This document shows positions 26,260 through 37,800 of a stretch of 64,000 nucleotides of DNA, piece by piece. Position numbers and translations under genes: made by a program. Every line of letters begins with the position of its first letter. Positions within the stretch are counted from its first letter, which is position 1. The notes under the pieces were generated by a model. That model was not told where the DNA came from. It saw only the letters and a program-made list of their open reading frames with translations, and did no database searches. The DNA lies in NCBI GenBank assembly GCA_046563655.1, contig CM102290.1:372001-436000 (forward strand). Reading direction: 5' to 3'. This DNA is from Yuukianura sp. NJ FZ-2021 (taxonomy: Eukaryota).

Positions 26260-29200
26260 CATGTAATGTAGTCAGGAGAGCACGGGAAAAAATGTCAAAT
26301 TCAAATTTGTTATGCCACAGTTTAGTGTGGTACTGCTGTTCCTCAAAATTTGAAGTACTTTCTTTTTTGTCTCAAGCAGGAGAAGAAAAACAGACACGAA
26401 AATAATGGTAGTCGGAAGGAGGGAAATTCAAATTGGAGTTTTTAAAGGCACGCGTGCCACTTTCTCTTTTTTTGTTCCAGGAAAGCGCCAAATGCCAAAC
26501 TAATTCAAAATAAATTTTCCAGCTGATTTCCAACTTGGAACTTTTAAAGTTGTGGAGGGAAAACTTTAAGTTTTTTTGGCTCTCAATTCAAAGTGTTATG
26601 GGAGCCTTACTCTTACCGAAGGGGGGGGGGCGGGGGGTCTAGCTTCCTCCCACAGTTTACCCCCCCCCCTCCCTCAAAGGAGATGGGGGGGGGGTGAGTG
26701 AAAGCACCCACCACCATGTGCTTGGTTACTTTAGGAGAGAAAGCGAAGGTTTATTGAGCATTTGGAGACAGATGTTTCATTTGGATGGGGACGACAGACA
26801 GAGAGGAATACGCGCCAAAGGCGCGCCGTGGCAGCACTGTGCCGCTGTGGTGGTGCCTTTGTCCCAGGAGAAAGCACATAAATGCAAATATTCCCCCCCT
26901 CTTTTCTAACCCCCCCCCCTCTCTTGGTCCCGATATTACGTTCCCTGTCACATCACGTTGTTGGAAAGTCAAATGCTCTCCGTGCTCCCCATACATATTT
27001 ATCCTCATGCATAAGGGAACACCACACAATAAAGGACACACGGCCTGAGTGCTACTTTTCCTTTCACTCTTCAAACTTTTGGCGGGAAACAAATTCCAGA
27101 AGATCGTCAAATTAAAAGCACTCTTTCCTGCTCTTGGGGCAACTCGACACACGTGACCTTTGACCCAAAAGTTAACCAGAAACGTAGTTCGCCCGGCGAA
27201 GTTCAAATAAATTTTGTTAAGTAACCTTACCTTGCTTTGGTAGTCGATGACTTTCTATGCTTGGAGGGAAAATTGAAATTGCATAGGGAAAAAGTGAAAT
27301 TAAACACAAACAATTCCAACTATTTTCACCCGACGGCCTTCTCCCGTCATCATTCTAAAATTTTCTAATCAATTTCAAAGTGGAGCAAATAAACAAAAAC
27401 GCGGAGCGTAAAATTAAACATAAACATTAAACAAATTCAAACATTGAAATATACAGTATGGCTCAAAAGTTTTTCCAGGTTCAAAGGAAAATCAAAAGAA
27501 AAAACTTCAGGTGGTGCAAAACAAGAGAACATTTTTCCACAAGCAAAAAAGCTTATGAAGAAAATTAAAAAAAAAATTTTTTCGGCAGAATGATTTTCCT
27601 TTCCGTTTTTTGTTGTTGTTTTTTCAGTTTTTTTTTTTTTGTAAAAGTGTCATTAAAAGAGGAAAAAAGTAATGAAAGGGAGAAAGTGCGGGTAAGTTTA
27701 AATCGGCTTAGCGTCGCTTTCACTCTTTTTCTCTCACGTAATTACCCGACTGTCTCAACAGTAGCATTAGCAGGTCAAAGTTGTTTCGTGAAGGTCAAAT
27801 TGACCCAGCACTATTGTGTTTCAATTGAAGCTTTTAGGTTTTTGTTAGGTTAGGTGCTAATAGGAAGTTTGAACTGAGAACCGCTCTTTTGTTATCGGAT
27901 TGGACCAAAAGTTTCGCTTTCTCTTTCCTCTTAATTGAGTCCCCAAAGTAACCAAAGTCCATTTAGACTCTATGTTAGGTTCCTTTTCTAATCCAATCAT
28001 CGAAGGAAAGTAAAGGGCCCTAATCCAAGTACCCACTCAGTTTGAATCCACTCCCTTACAGTCATTCAGCTTAGGATAACCTAACCTTCTACAAGAAATG
28101 GACCTACAATGCCTCCTTTCTTCGTTCAACAAGTCCATAACACTTCTCCACTTTCTCTCAAAACCACTCAAGTCTTTTCCGGGCTCTCAAAAACTTGAAG
28201 TGTTGACACTGCCCAGGACTCGTGCAAACTTTCCTTCCAATCTGTTGAATTTTCATGTTTCTCAAAACGGACAGGCAGTTCATGTAACTTTTCCTTTTTT
28301 GAAAATATTTTACACGCCAACTTTTGAAGTACTTTTTCTTCTTTGGTGAAAAGAAATAATAAACGCAAGAGAAAAGAAAGTTATCGGTGGTGAAAAAATA
28401 TTAAGGATGAAAGCGGAAAAACAGAAGTTGAGGTTAGGAAGATGAGGGCAGTTCGGACATGTCCGATTTGTCTTAAAACTTTCTTCTCAACCCCCCACCC
28501 CTCCTTCCCCGCCCTGTTCCACCTCCCCCCCCCCCTGCTCAACCCCCCCCCCCTTGAAGAAGAAAGTTTTTGAGTTTTGGCGCTGATGGGTTTTCCTCTG
28601 GAAACAATCTTTGCTTCTCTTTCAAACAAAATGGAACGCAGATGCTGGAAATTGCCAAATTCCAATAGGAAATAACGCTTTGGAATGTTGGATCTCGTGA
28701 TGTCGCAATTTCTAAACAAATTTGAAAACATAATACTTCTCTGGAATGGACCATAAAACTTTTTTTTTTCAAAATTTGAAACTGGAAGAAAAAGAAAATT
28801 TTTATTAAATAAAGTTGGACTGGTCCAAAAACAGTTTTCAAAAGCAGAGACACACAAAAGATTAAGAAACGCGTTGAGATTAGGGGATTTTTGAACACAA
28901 AAAATTGTACAACAAAATTATTCAAAATGATGCGCCCTCTCATTTTTTTTTTTTTTTTGGATTTTTGGCCTGGAGGGCTCCTCCGCTCATCGTTTCCTCC
29001 CAAGAGAAAGTTGGTGTAATGAAATTGATTTTTCATGGAAATGAAACTTTCTCCGTCTGCTTAAAGAACTTGAAATTCGAATTTCCGTGCGTCTCTCTCT
29101 CCACTTTTTTCTTTTGACGAAGTTCTGGCTGGTTTGAAATGAACGGCGGAATTGGAATTGGTCTCATCTGATCTCATGGAAGACAGAAGGAGGGAATGGA

Positions 29201-30650
29201 ATGATGGAATTCCTAACGGAAAAATTCCTGCTCATCATTGTCCCATGATGATGATCAAATGAAATCAAGAAGAAAGTCAATGGAAGCACAACTTCTACTT
29301 CAAAACTTCCCGCCAAAAAAAAAACAGACAAACTTTTCCATCGCTTTTTCCTTGGCTTCTTGGGGAAAACTGAGACAAACTAAGGAATTCGATGGGAAGA
29401 AATTTAAAAGAAAGAGGAAACGGAAAAAACGTACAAAAATTCTACAAAAAATTTGGCTTCTTAAAAAAATATTAGAGTCTAACAGAAAATCTAGCGTCTG
29501 AAAAACTCTATCGACTAAAAAAAATCTCACTTTCTTTTTCAACAAAAAAAAAATATTATTCTTTGTTTGCTTTTATTTAAACTTTGCGGCGGATTTGAAA
29601 ACATCTTTGACTTTAAAATAAATCCACTCAACAGCACAACTCCCACGTTCCATGCACTGCAAAAAAAACTCAAATGGAAAAATTAAAAAAAAAAAGTAAA
29701 TTTTGAGTGAGTTTCAAATCGCGCCTGAAACTGTTTCAGTGAAGGATTCTTTTTTAACTTTTCTTTTAATTTCAGGAAATCTAAGAAAAAAACTGTTTTT
29801 TTTTCCATTCGAAAAGGTATTCGTGCAAGCATTCTTTTAGATCCTTTTTCTAAAAAAAAACACTTTCAGTGATTGGACTGACAAGAAAGAATTTCCTAAT
29901 TGAAGTAGAGTGGACAGAGATGCCATTGGAATTAAATGGAAAAGGATTCCACCACGACTTTTGATGGAATTGTGGCCAAAGAAATTACTTTCTCCCCACT
30001 CAAACTATCCAGCTCCAGCACTTTCAAAAACTTTCTCTGTTCAAACGTGTTCAAACGTCTTTCGTCCAGATATAACTTAACTCAATAAAAAAAAGTCCTG
30101 TGGGAAGAAAAAAAATTTCAAGATCAGTCTGCAACCCTTGTTTGGAACAAGATCATGTTTAGAATTTCAGAAAACGTTGAATTTCTGAAATTCCTGAACA
30201 GTAAAAAGTCATCTCAAAAGAGACTTTGACTTTTACCACCCTCCGACTTTTGCATAACTTTATTTTAAGTGACTTTTTTAATTTGTTTGACACGTGGGCG
30301 CACTTGCTTCTTTCAAATTCAAATTGAAATTTGAATTGACGCGGGCTGTGGAGCTTGTAAGCAGTAAAAAGTTGAGGCAGCTCAACGCTTCATCATCGAT
30401 TCATTAGGAAAATAAGTTTCTGAGTTCTAGATCTTTGCTAGAAGGAAACCCTGTGGAGCCATTTGCCAAAAAAACGAGAGGAAAAAAAACTTGACAAAAG
30501 TTTTTTCATTAGTTTTAGAACAGGGAAGCAGGAGGAAGAGAACTTAAACGCAGAAAGTGACAGACGTTCACTTTCACCTTAACTTTCTCCATACTTCGTT
30601 CCATTGTTGTCAGGGATTAAAGATGACAAGGCACTGTGCACAATTTTTTG

Positions 30651-31000
30651 TGGTAGCACGCCATTTTGCCGAATGGATTTTTCCGAAACGCATTATTCCG
30701 AATCAATTACTACAAACGATTTACTCCGAAGGTTGAATTAATCCGAAAGGTTATTTTAAACTAAAATTAAATTAGATTGTCTCAGAAATTATAATTTTAG
30801 GCTAAATATCTTTACATTAGGCCAAGTTTGATTAAGCTGGAAATCATTAATGTTAGGCTTTATATGTTAAGCTTAATAATTACTTTTCTGGCCAAGTTGC
30901 CTTTCGGAGTAATTCGATTTTAGGAAGAAATAGTTTCGCAGTAATTAATTCGGAATAATGCGCTTCGGAAAAATTCATTCGATGAAATGGCATGGAACCA
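30651..31000. mobile_element. Foldback/MITE with ~100-bp imperfect terminal inverted repeats
   Basis: The left arm (GCCATTTTGCCGAATGGATTTTTCCGAAACGCATTATTCCGAAT...TCCGAAAGG) is complementary to the right arm (CCTTTCGGA...ATTCGGAATAATGCGCTTCGGAAAAATTCATTCGATGAAATGGC). The core is AT/TTAGG-rich. No TSD was resolved. Confidence 0.75.
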
Positions 31001-31204
31001 TTTCAACCCTGGCATAAATTTCAGTGCGCATGCTCTCTCTTTTTAGCCTAATGTCACTGTCCAGGAAACAATTTAAAGTCAGGAATTTGAATTATGCGCC
31101 GCCGCTTTTCCGTTTCATAATAAATAAGTCCATTTTGTGCTCATTCGTGCACAGGAACTTTATGGACTTCCATTTCAAAATTACTAAGAAGAAGAAAGCG
31201 GGAA

Positions 31205-31287
31205 AAATTCTCTCTCTTCAAAATGTCTGTCAAAAAAAAGAACAATGGGATTTTACGGATGAGATCATTTTGAAAAGATGAAAGTTT
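31205..31287 (+). ncRNA. Candidate bantam-family microRNA hairpin (tentative)
   Basis: 31260-31275 TGAGATCATTTTGAAA equals the first 16 nt of Drosophila bantam as I recall it. It sits on the 3' arm of a foldable stem whose 5' arm is 31205-31232. Confidence 0.3.
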
Positions 31288-32487
31288 GAAAAAAGTGGAG
31301 CGGGAACAGATATTTTTGTTTTTTTGTGAATTTTTTTGGCGGGCATTTTTGTCGACGTCTTCCTTTCCCTACTACTGTTTGATTCATTGGAAATTCAAAA
31401 GAAAAAATCCTTTAGGAAAATTACATTTCTCTCAAAGAGTTTTCTCGATTAATAAATCTCTACTTTTTCAACAGGAACGGAAACGGTTTTTTTGTCATTG
31501 AAACGCAAAACGTTTCTGGTTGTCGTTTCTCAAATACATTTTCTAAATAAAACTTAAATCAAACCACGATATGTGGCTTTCGACTCACTTTTGGACACAA
31601 AACCAACATTTTCAAATAAACTTCGCTTCGTGCCAAAAATTATTCCCGCTTTTCTAAATCATACAAGAAAAAAAATGGAATTTTGTTTAGAATTTCTTTT
31701 GAGTTTAAAAAATTCCGTTTTAGTTTCAAACTTGTGACAAAAATGCAACTTTTAGTTTTAGTTTTGTAAAAGAAATCTCCCGTTTTTCGGTTTTTGTTTA
31801 AAATTTGAGTGTCAAAGACAGAAAGTAAAAGAAATTTCAAATGTTTCAAGTTTTAAAGGGGGGGGGTTAGTTTTGTAATCTCTCAACCCCCTCCTCTCCC
31901 CACCGTTCCAATTATGTAAGATATTCTTTTGAAACAGGATCATTTGTTGTTGTATAATTCTTATTGTGTAATATGCTTTCTCTGAACATGAAGACAGATG
32001 GGGGAAAGTGCGGGAAAAGTTGAAAACTTTTTAACTAACTCGTTTAGACGGAGAGTGAACACGTTCAAAAGGAAATTAAGGACTTTTCAAAACAAAGTTC
32101 CTCTCATGTTCTCAACCTTAACTTCATTTGTGTAATCAAAAGACTCTCCAACCTCTTGTCTCCAAACGTTGTTTCAAAAAATTACATTTTTTTTGTTTCA
32201 AATTCCAACAAAAAAAGTTTTTTTAGAAAGACTCAAATGAAAGAGACAAAATTTAAAAAAAAAAGTTTTTTTTAAAGATTTAAACGAAACAGACAAATTC
32301 GGATTGTCATTTTGTGCACAAGGTCATGTGACCTCTGGACTAAAGGTCACAGGGGTCACGGACACCATACATGCATTTCTAATGTAAATCCAACTTGTGG
32401 TGCTCATAAATTAGTCATTTGGAGAAACAATGGACAAGTGCAGACTTAATTCAGCTTCATCGGCATAACTTTTTTGTATGAAAAAGC

Positions 32488-32525
32488 TATAAATACAAGT
32501 TCCGAAAATTTTGAAAAATCAGTTT
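32488..32525 (+). promoter_or_regulatory. TATA box plus arthropod initiator of the carboxypeptidase gene
   Basis: TATAAA at 32488-32493 and TCAGTT (Inr consensus TCAKTY) at 32519-32524, about 33 nt apart. The ATG follows at 32549. Confidence 0.7.
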
Positions 32526-32548
32526 TCACTTTTTAGAAAAGTTGAGAA

Positions 32549-34888
32549 ATGGAGACTTTCGCTCCGCTGTCCTTGACGAGTCAACTGTCCACGGTTCTTC
32601 CAACGTTGGCTTGTCTTTTTTCAAGCTTCAAAATCAAAGATGGTGGACGTCGGTCGTACGATGGCTATCAAGTACTGAGAGTCAATGCTACTTCGTCCAT
32701 GAGCATAGACGTCATGCGCAGACTCTTTCTCAGAGATAATTTTGATTTCTGGAGCAGTCCGAGTCAGATTCGTCCCACGGATGTCATGATCTGTCCAGAA
32801 CAAGTCAGAAACACTAAATTTCTTCTTGACACGCTCAAAATTCCATACGAAGTGATGATCACCAATGTTGAAGAGTAAGAAAACAAGTTTTTCAAGTTTC
32901 TCAAAACGAAAATTTCAAATTTTGCATTTCGAACAATGCATCCCGCTTGTTGAAATGAGACCCGATTGCCATCTAGCGGAAAAGTTAGAAAATCAAAATG
33001 AAAACTTTCTCTGATCTTTTGATTTTTTTCTTCGATTGGTTTCCGCTTTCACTCGGCCAGATTTTGAAAACTTTTGGGGAAAACAGTTTTGAGATACAAA
33101 ATTTTTCAATTTTCTGAAATTCGAAAAATGTTAATTTTGATTTTAATTTTGAAAATGTTAGAACAATTAATGAAGAGCAACGTCAGATGTCCGTACGAGC
33201 TACGTCCAGCATGAACTGGGACACTTACCATAAACTGGACACGGTAAGCCTTTTTGATTCAAAATTTTTAAAGAAATTTCAATTTTCAAAAAAAAAAGTT
33301 GAGAATTTTTTTTTTTTTTCAAAATTTGGAAACTAGATAAACACATGGTTAGAGTCGGTGACCACTATGTATGACTTTGCTTCTCTCGTTAACATTGGAA
33401 CCAGTGCTGAAGGCAGGAAAATCAATGTGCTCAAAATTTCAAAAGGAAACAACAACCCGCCAAAACCAGCCATTTGGATCGACGGTGGAATTCATGCTAG
33501 GTAAAGAGGTCAAAGGTCAAAGGTCAATTTTGAAATTTGACTTTTTGAAATTTCAGAGAGTGGATTTCTCCCGCCGTGGTGACGTTCATTGCCAACGAGT
33601 TGTTGACGAGTACTGCGCAGGATCCTGCGTTCCCATTGGTCAATCTCTTCGACTGGTACATTTTGCCCAACGTTAACCCAGATGGCTATGAATATTCGCA
33701 TTCGACAGAACGAATGTGGCGCAAGACTCGTTCAAATAATGAAGGCTTTTTGGCGTCACTTTTTAAATGCAAAGGAGCAGATCCTAACAGGAACTTTGGT
33801 TATATGTGGGGAGGTACTAACTAAAGTTAATTAAATTAAATTAATTAATTATAATTTAATAATGAATTATATGTAATATAAGTTTTGTTTAAAAGGAAAA
33901 GGAACTTCAAATAACCCATGTTCTGACATCTACCGTGGTTCAAAGGCAGCCTCCGAAGTTGAAATTTCTTCAATCCAAAATTTTATTGTTCAACAACAGC
34001 AACGAAATAATCAAAAGTTTTTGCTTTTCTTGACAATGCACTCGTACTCACAGGTCAGAGGTCACAAAAGTCAAAAGAAAATTTACTAAATTTTTTTTCT
34101 GCTTTTTGTAGATGCTTTTCCTACCATGGGGCTACGACAAGATTCGAACTGATGACTACACTGAACTTGTAACTAATTTTGGTTTTTCCACATAATGTCA
34201 AATTCTAATTTCAAATTTCAGTGAAATTTTTAACAAAAGTCGTTGAATAACATAGCCTAACATTTTACAAATTATTATTTTCAAATTCTCTCACTAGATG
34301 GCAGTGGCAAACAAAGCTGCGAAGGCTTTGGAGTCAGTCTATGGAACTCGCTTCGACGTTGGCCCATCACCGGAGCTCCTCTGTACAAAAACTAAACAAA
34401 TTTTTATAAATGTACCGTAAATTTCCAAATAGTATACCAGTACCAAATAATACGCCGCCTTGCAATGGATACAACCCTCTAACGTGGTACACTGGGGGGT
34501 TCTTTTTGAAAATCTCGGGTATTTAGCTTTAAAGGGATATCTGAGTAGCCCAGGGGGACTATTTGGAATTTTACGGTACTTAAATTGTAATTGTAATTAA
34601 TATTAAGTATTTTGACTGTCAGATGCTGCTGCCGGTGGAAGTGAGGACTTTGCCAAGGGCATAGGCAATATCAAGTACTCGTACTGCTTTGAACTTCGTG
34701 ACACTGGAAAGAGCGGCTTCATTTTGCCTGCTGATCAAATCGTGCCCTCGGGAGTTGAAACTTTTGCTGCCGTTCGATCCATGGCAGAAGACATGGCAAG
34801 AATTTACAATTTGGCAGGCTCAAATGCACAAAAATCCGGTCGACAATCCCGACACCACAACGGAACACATCATCGTTTTTACGCCTAA
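32549..34888 (+). CDS. M14A zinc metallocarboxypeptidase (CPA/CPB family) with activation pro-peptide, 464 aa; join(32549..32874,33162..33243,33337..33500,33557..33813,33896..34053,34112..34168,34298..34382,34623..34888)
   Basis: Eight exons splice in frame (1395 nt). Pro-domain motifs YDGYQVLRV and DFW are present. Using bovine CPA numbering, the catalytic motifs are intact: IDGGIHAR|EW (H69, E72), PNVNPDGYEYS, WRKTRS (R127), DPNRNF (N144, R145), MHSYSQ (H196), Y248 across the last junction, GGSEDF and FELRD (E270). Confidence 0.95.
34415..34576. mobile_element. TA-flanked Tc1/mariner-superfamily (Tc2/pogo-like CCGTA end) MITE in carboxypeptidase intron 7
   Basis: TA|CCGTAAATTTCCAAATAGT...ACTATTTGGAATTTTACGG|TA: a 19-bp TIR with 1 mismatch and a TA duplication. 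Confidence 0.8.
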
Positions 34889-37800
34889 AAAATTAAATTT
34901 TTGAAAACTGTTCAAAATTTTGACAAAAAGAAGTGGAAGGTGTCAAATTCTTAACTATTGGCTTTGACACCCCAGCTTTTCCCATTTTTGACACCTAAAC
35001 TGTTACTTTCTCAAAGTTTAAAGGAAATAAAGGCGGGAATGGTTCCATTGTTTCAAAAAATGAAAAACGCCTAAACTTGAACTTACTTTTCACACTTTTC
35101 TGGCACTCATTCATAAAGTTCCGGGTCATTTAACTATTTAGGCTAAAAAATAATGCTTTTCTGAAATTATTCTAAATTGTAAAATATTTTGAACCATTTT
35201 TCTGAAAAGTTAATTTAAAAAGTGAACTTGTAAAAGCAATAGAAGTCGTGTGAAGAAACATGAAAGGCCTCATTAAGGCCTCTTCCCAATTTGGAATTGA
35301 CCATTCATTATATCCCATCGTCAATCTCTCAAAAATATCCAATCTTTAGCCTGACTAACCTAGCCAGCCTAACCTAATCAAAGCACATCTCAATTTAAAC
35401 CTAAACAAACTAAAATCTCAATCAAAAATGGAAAATTAATCAACTAATTTTAGATTATTGCAAAAGTTGTATTTAAAACTTACTGTGTGCGATTACTTTT
35501 ACTTAAATTAATTAACCTAACATAACAAAAATGTGAAATGTTAGTCTAAACTTTTCTTACAACAAAAAATAAAGTTGAGTCATAACAATTTGACATCATC
35601 GTATTCTGTTAAGTGGGAACTTTTGAAAAGGAAGATGAGCGTCCCGTACAAAAGTAATGCACAAAACCAAATAGAAAATGTTCAAACTTTCATTCCAAAT
35701 CTTTTGTTATTCTCAATTTTTCTTATGAGCCTTCAACTTCTGTTGTGAATTAAAAATCATTTTTTAAAATTTTGACAAATCATATTTTGGCGCGATTTTG
35801 AATTTGTCATGATACCGTCAGTTAGGATGACTTTTCATTGCTTCCTTATCGTGCATCAGGACTTTACCAAAACAGAGACTTTCCTTTCTTCTAACACTGC
35901 AGAATCACACACAAATGCATTTGAATCAAACAGATTAACTGAGTCATCAATGACCACAAATTACGAAAACATCTAAGCAACACGGAAGCAAGTTGCATAA
36001 AACTTTTTTCAAAAGGATACAAAAGTTAAAACCTGAAGTTGCGTAAAAGTTGTACAAAATGGAATTTCTTCTTGAAAAATTTTGATTTCACGAAGAACAC
36101 TTCTCAATTTCAATGTTTTCATTAAGAAATTCTAAAAGCTGACTAAATTTTCCGGAAGTTTATGTTCCACGAACATCAAATTGCGCATGTCAAAACTATC
36201 ATATATTCACTGTGACAAAGTTTTTGACTGGTGCTTGTCACCCGTGTCACGACAATGCCTTTGTAAAAGTGCCACTCCTCTGTTTTACCAATAGATTGGC
36301 GGCAAATTTTGAATGTTGAGGCCACACTTTTTTGAGGTCATTGCTTCCCCTAGTTGACTTGACCTTTGACCTCGGGACAGGAGAGAGTGGGATTCTTTGT
36401 TAGTACGACACACATACACTCTCACAACTGTTTGACGCCAATGTGTGAATGAGGCTTCGAACAAGGCTGACAGGCCTACTTTTTCCGTCTTCTTGAATGG
36501 GATCGTCTTAAGGGGCCATCAAAGATTCAAATGTCATCGGACTGCCGCCAAATTTAAAAGTAGCATTTTCCCCCTCTCGGATTGCCAATGGACAGTATCA
36601 ATCACTCCTCAGTCCAACTTTTGTACTAACGTAAGTTAGGACCTCAAAAACAAATAGTTACTCCCTCCGTCATTCATTTGGAAAAGAAAGTGAAATCAGG
36701 ACAATTCCAATCCAACCTTAACTAACTTTCCTCATCTTGCGTTTCAAACGGAGAGCCTTTCTGTCACGTACCAAATTTAATCATGAGACTCAAATGCTCA
36801 ATCAATCCAATAAATTATTCTTGTACGCTTTTGAAAAAGTTAACGTCTTGTCATCACAAAACAAAAACAAAGAAAAACTGTTCAAATTTTACCTCAACAC
36901 CTTCAGGGGGTACACCCACCCAACAAAAAATAAATTAAAACCGGATCTGACAATTAATCATTAATTTCATCAAGGAAATTGTCTTTTTTTTGGTTGAAGT
37001 AAACTTTATGGCGAGTGATTGTACCCCCTCCCTCTTTTATTATACCCCGCGAACTAAATGTGAAATCGACATTGTACCCGCCAGGTTAATTTTTGGTAGG
37101 TCTATCTCAGGGGGGGGTCTAGCACAAGTTTGGAATTTTTCAATTTCCCGCTTGAAATTTCAAAGGGTGTACAATTCAATTTTAAATGGGGAGAGGGTAC
37201 AATCATCCGTCATAAATGTTACTTCAACCGATATGTTTGTTTTGAATTATTTGTTTTGGCGGGAAACTTTTTGAATCCACCCACTTTTCCAAAATTTCCA
37301 CCCCTTGACGTTAAGATGACGTAACATATGAACAGCCCCTATGCAATTTGGCTTGAGGAGCTTCTAATTTATTGTAGCATGCAATAATAAATTGGGATAA
37401 ATTGGATGATTTAAACGTTCCGCCTTATTCGCTTTAATTTCAAAACTAATTTTTCAAATTTAAAATTCCCTCCAAGCCTTTCCAAAAAAAGAGTTTCAAA
37501 AAGCGTGAATGAAATTCGTTCCTTTTTTGTGGTTGTTGTAAGCGGACACTTGAAATTGGAAGCTGGAATGCATCAAGTGCTCGTTTGTCTTTTCCTTCAA
37601 TGAGATTCGTCACGGAAGGGCCCTTTGAAGGGCCTTATTGCACAACAGTTGTAAGGTGGACACGCAGAGGGAATGAAGTGATTGTGCTTCAGGTGAAGGG
37701 TACCCCTCTCGGTACCCTTGGTACCTTGACAGGTACCCTTTTTTGTCTTGTCTAAATGTTAAGTCTTCCTGTTTGTATCAATTTTCATTCCTTTGGATTC

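Noticed and set aside
36655..36672. TACTCCCTCCGT resembling a plant Stowaway MITE terminus (also ~10986, ~13327, ~24563)
   Set aside because: The shared sequence extends beyond the TA (TAGTTACTCC), and at 13327-13375 it is an internal inverted pair. It is therefore an internal repeat motif, not a terminus or evidence of horizontal transfer.
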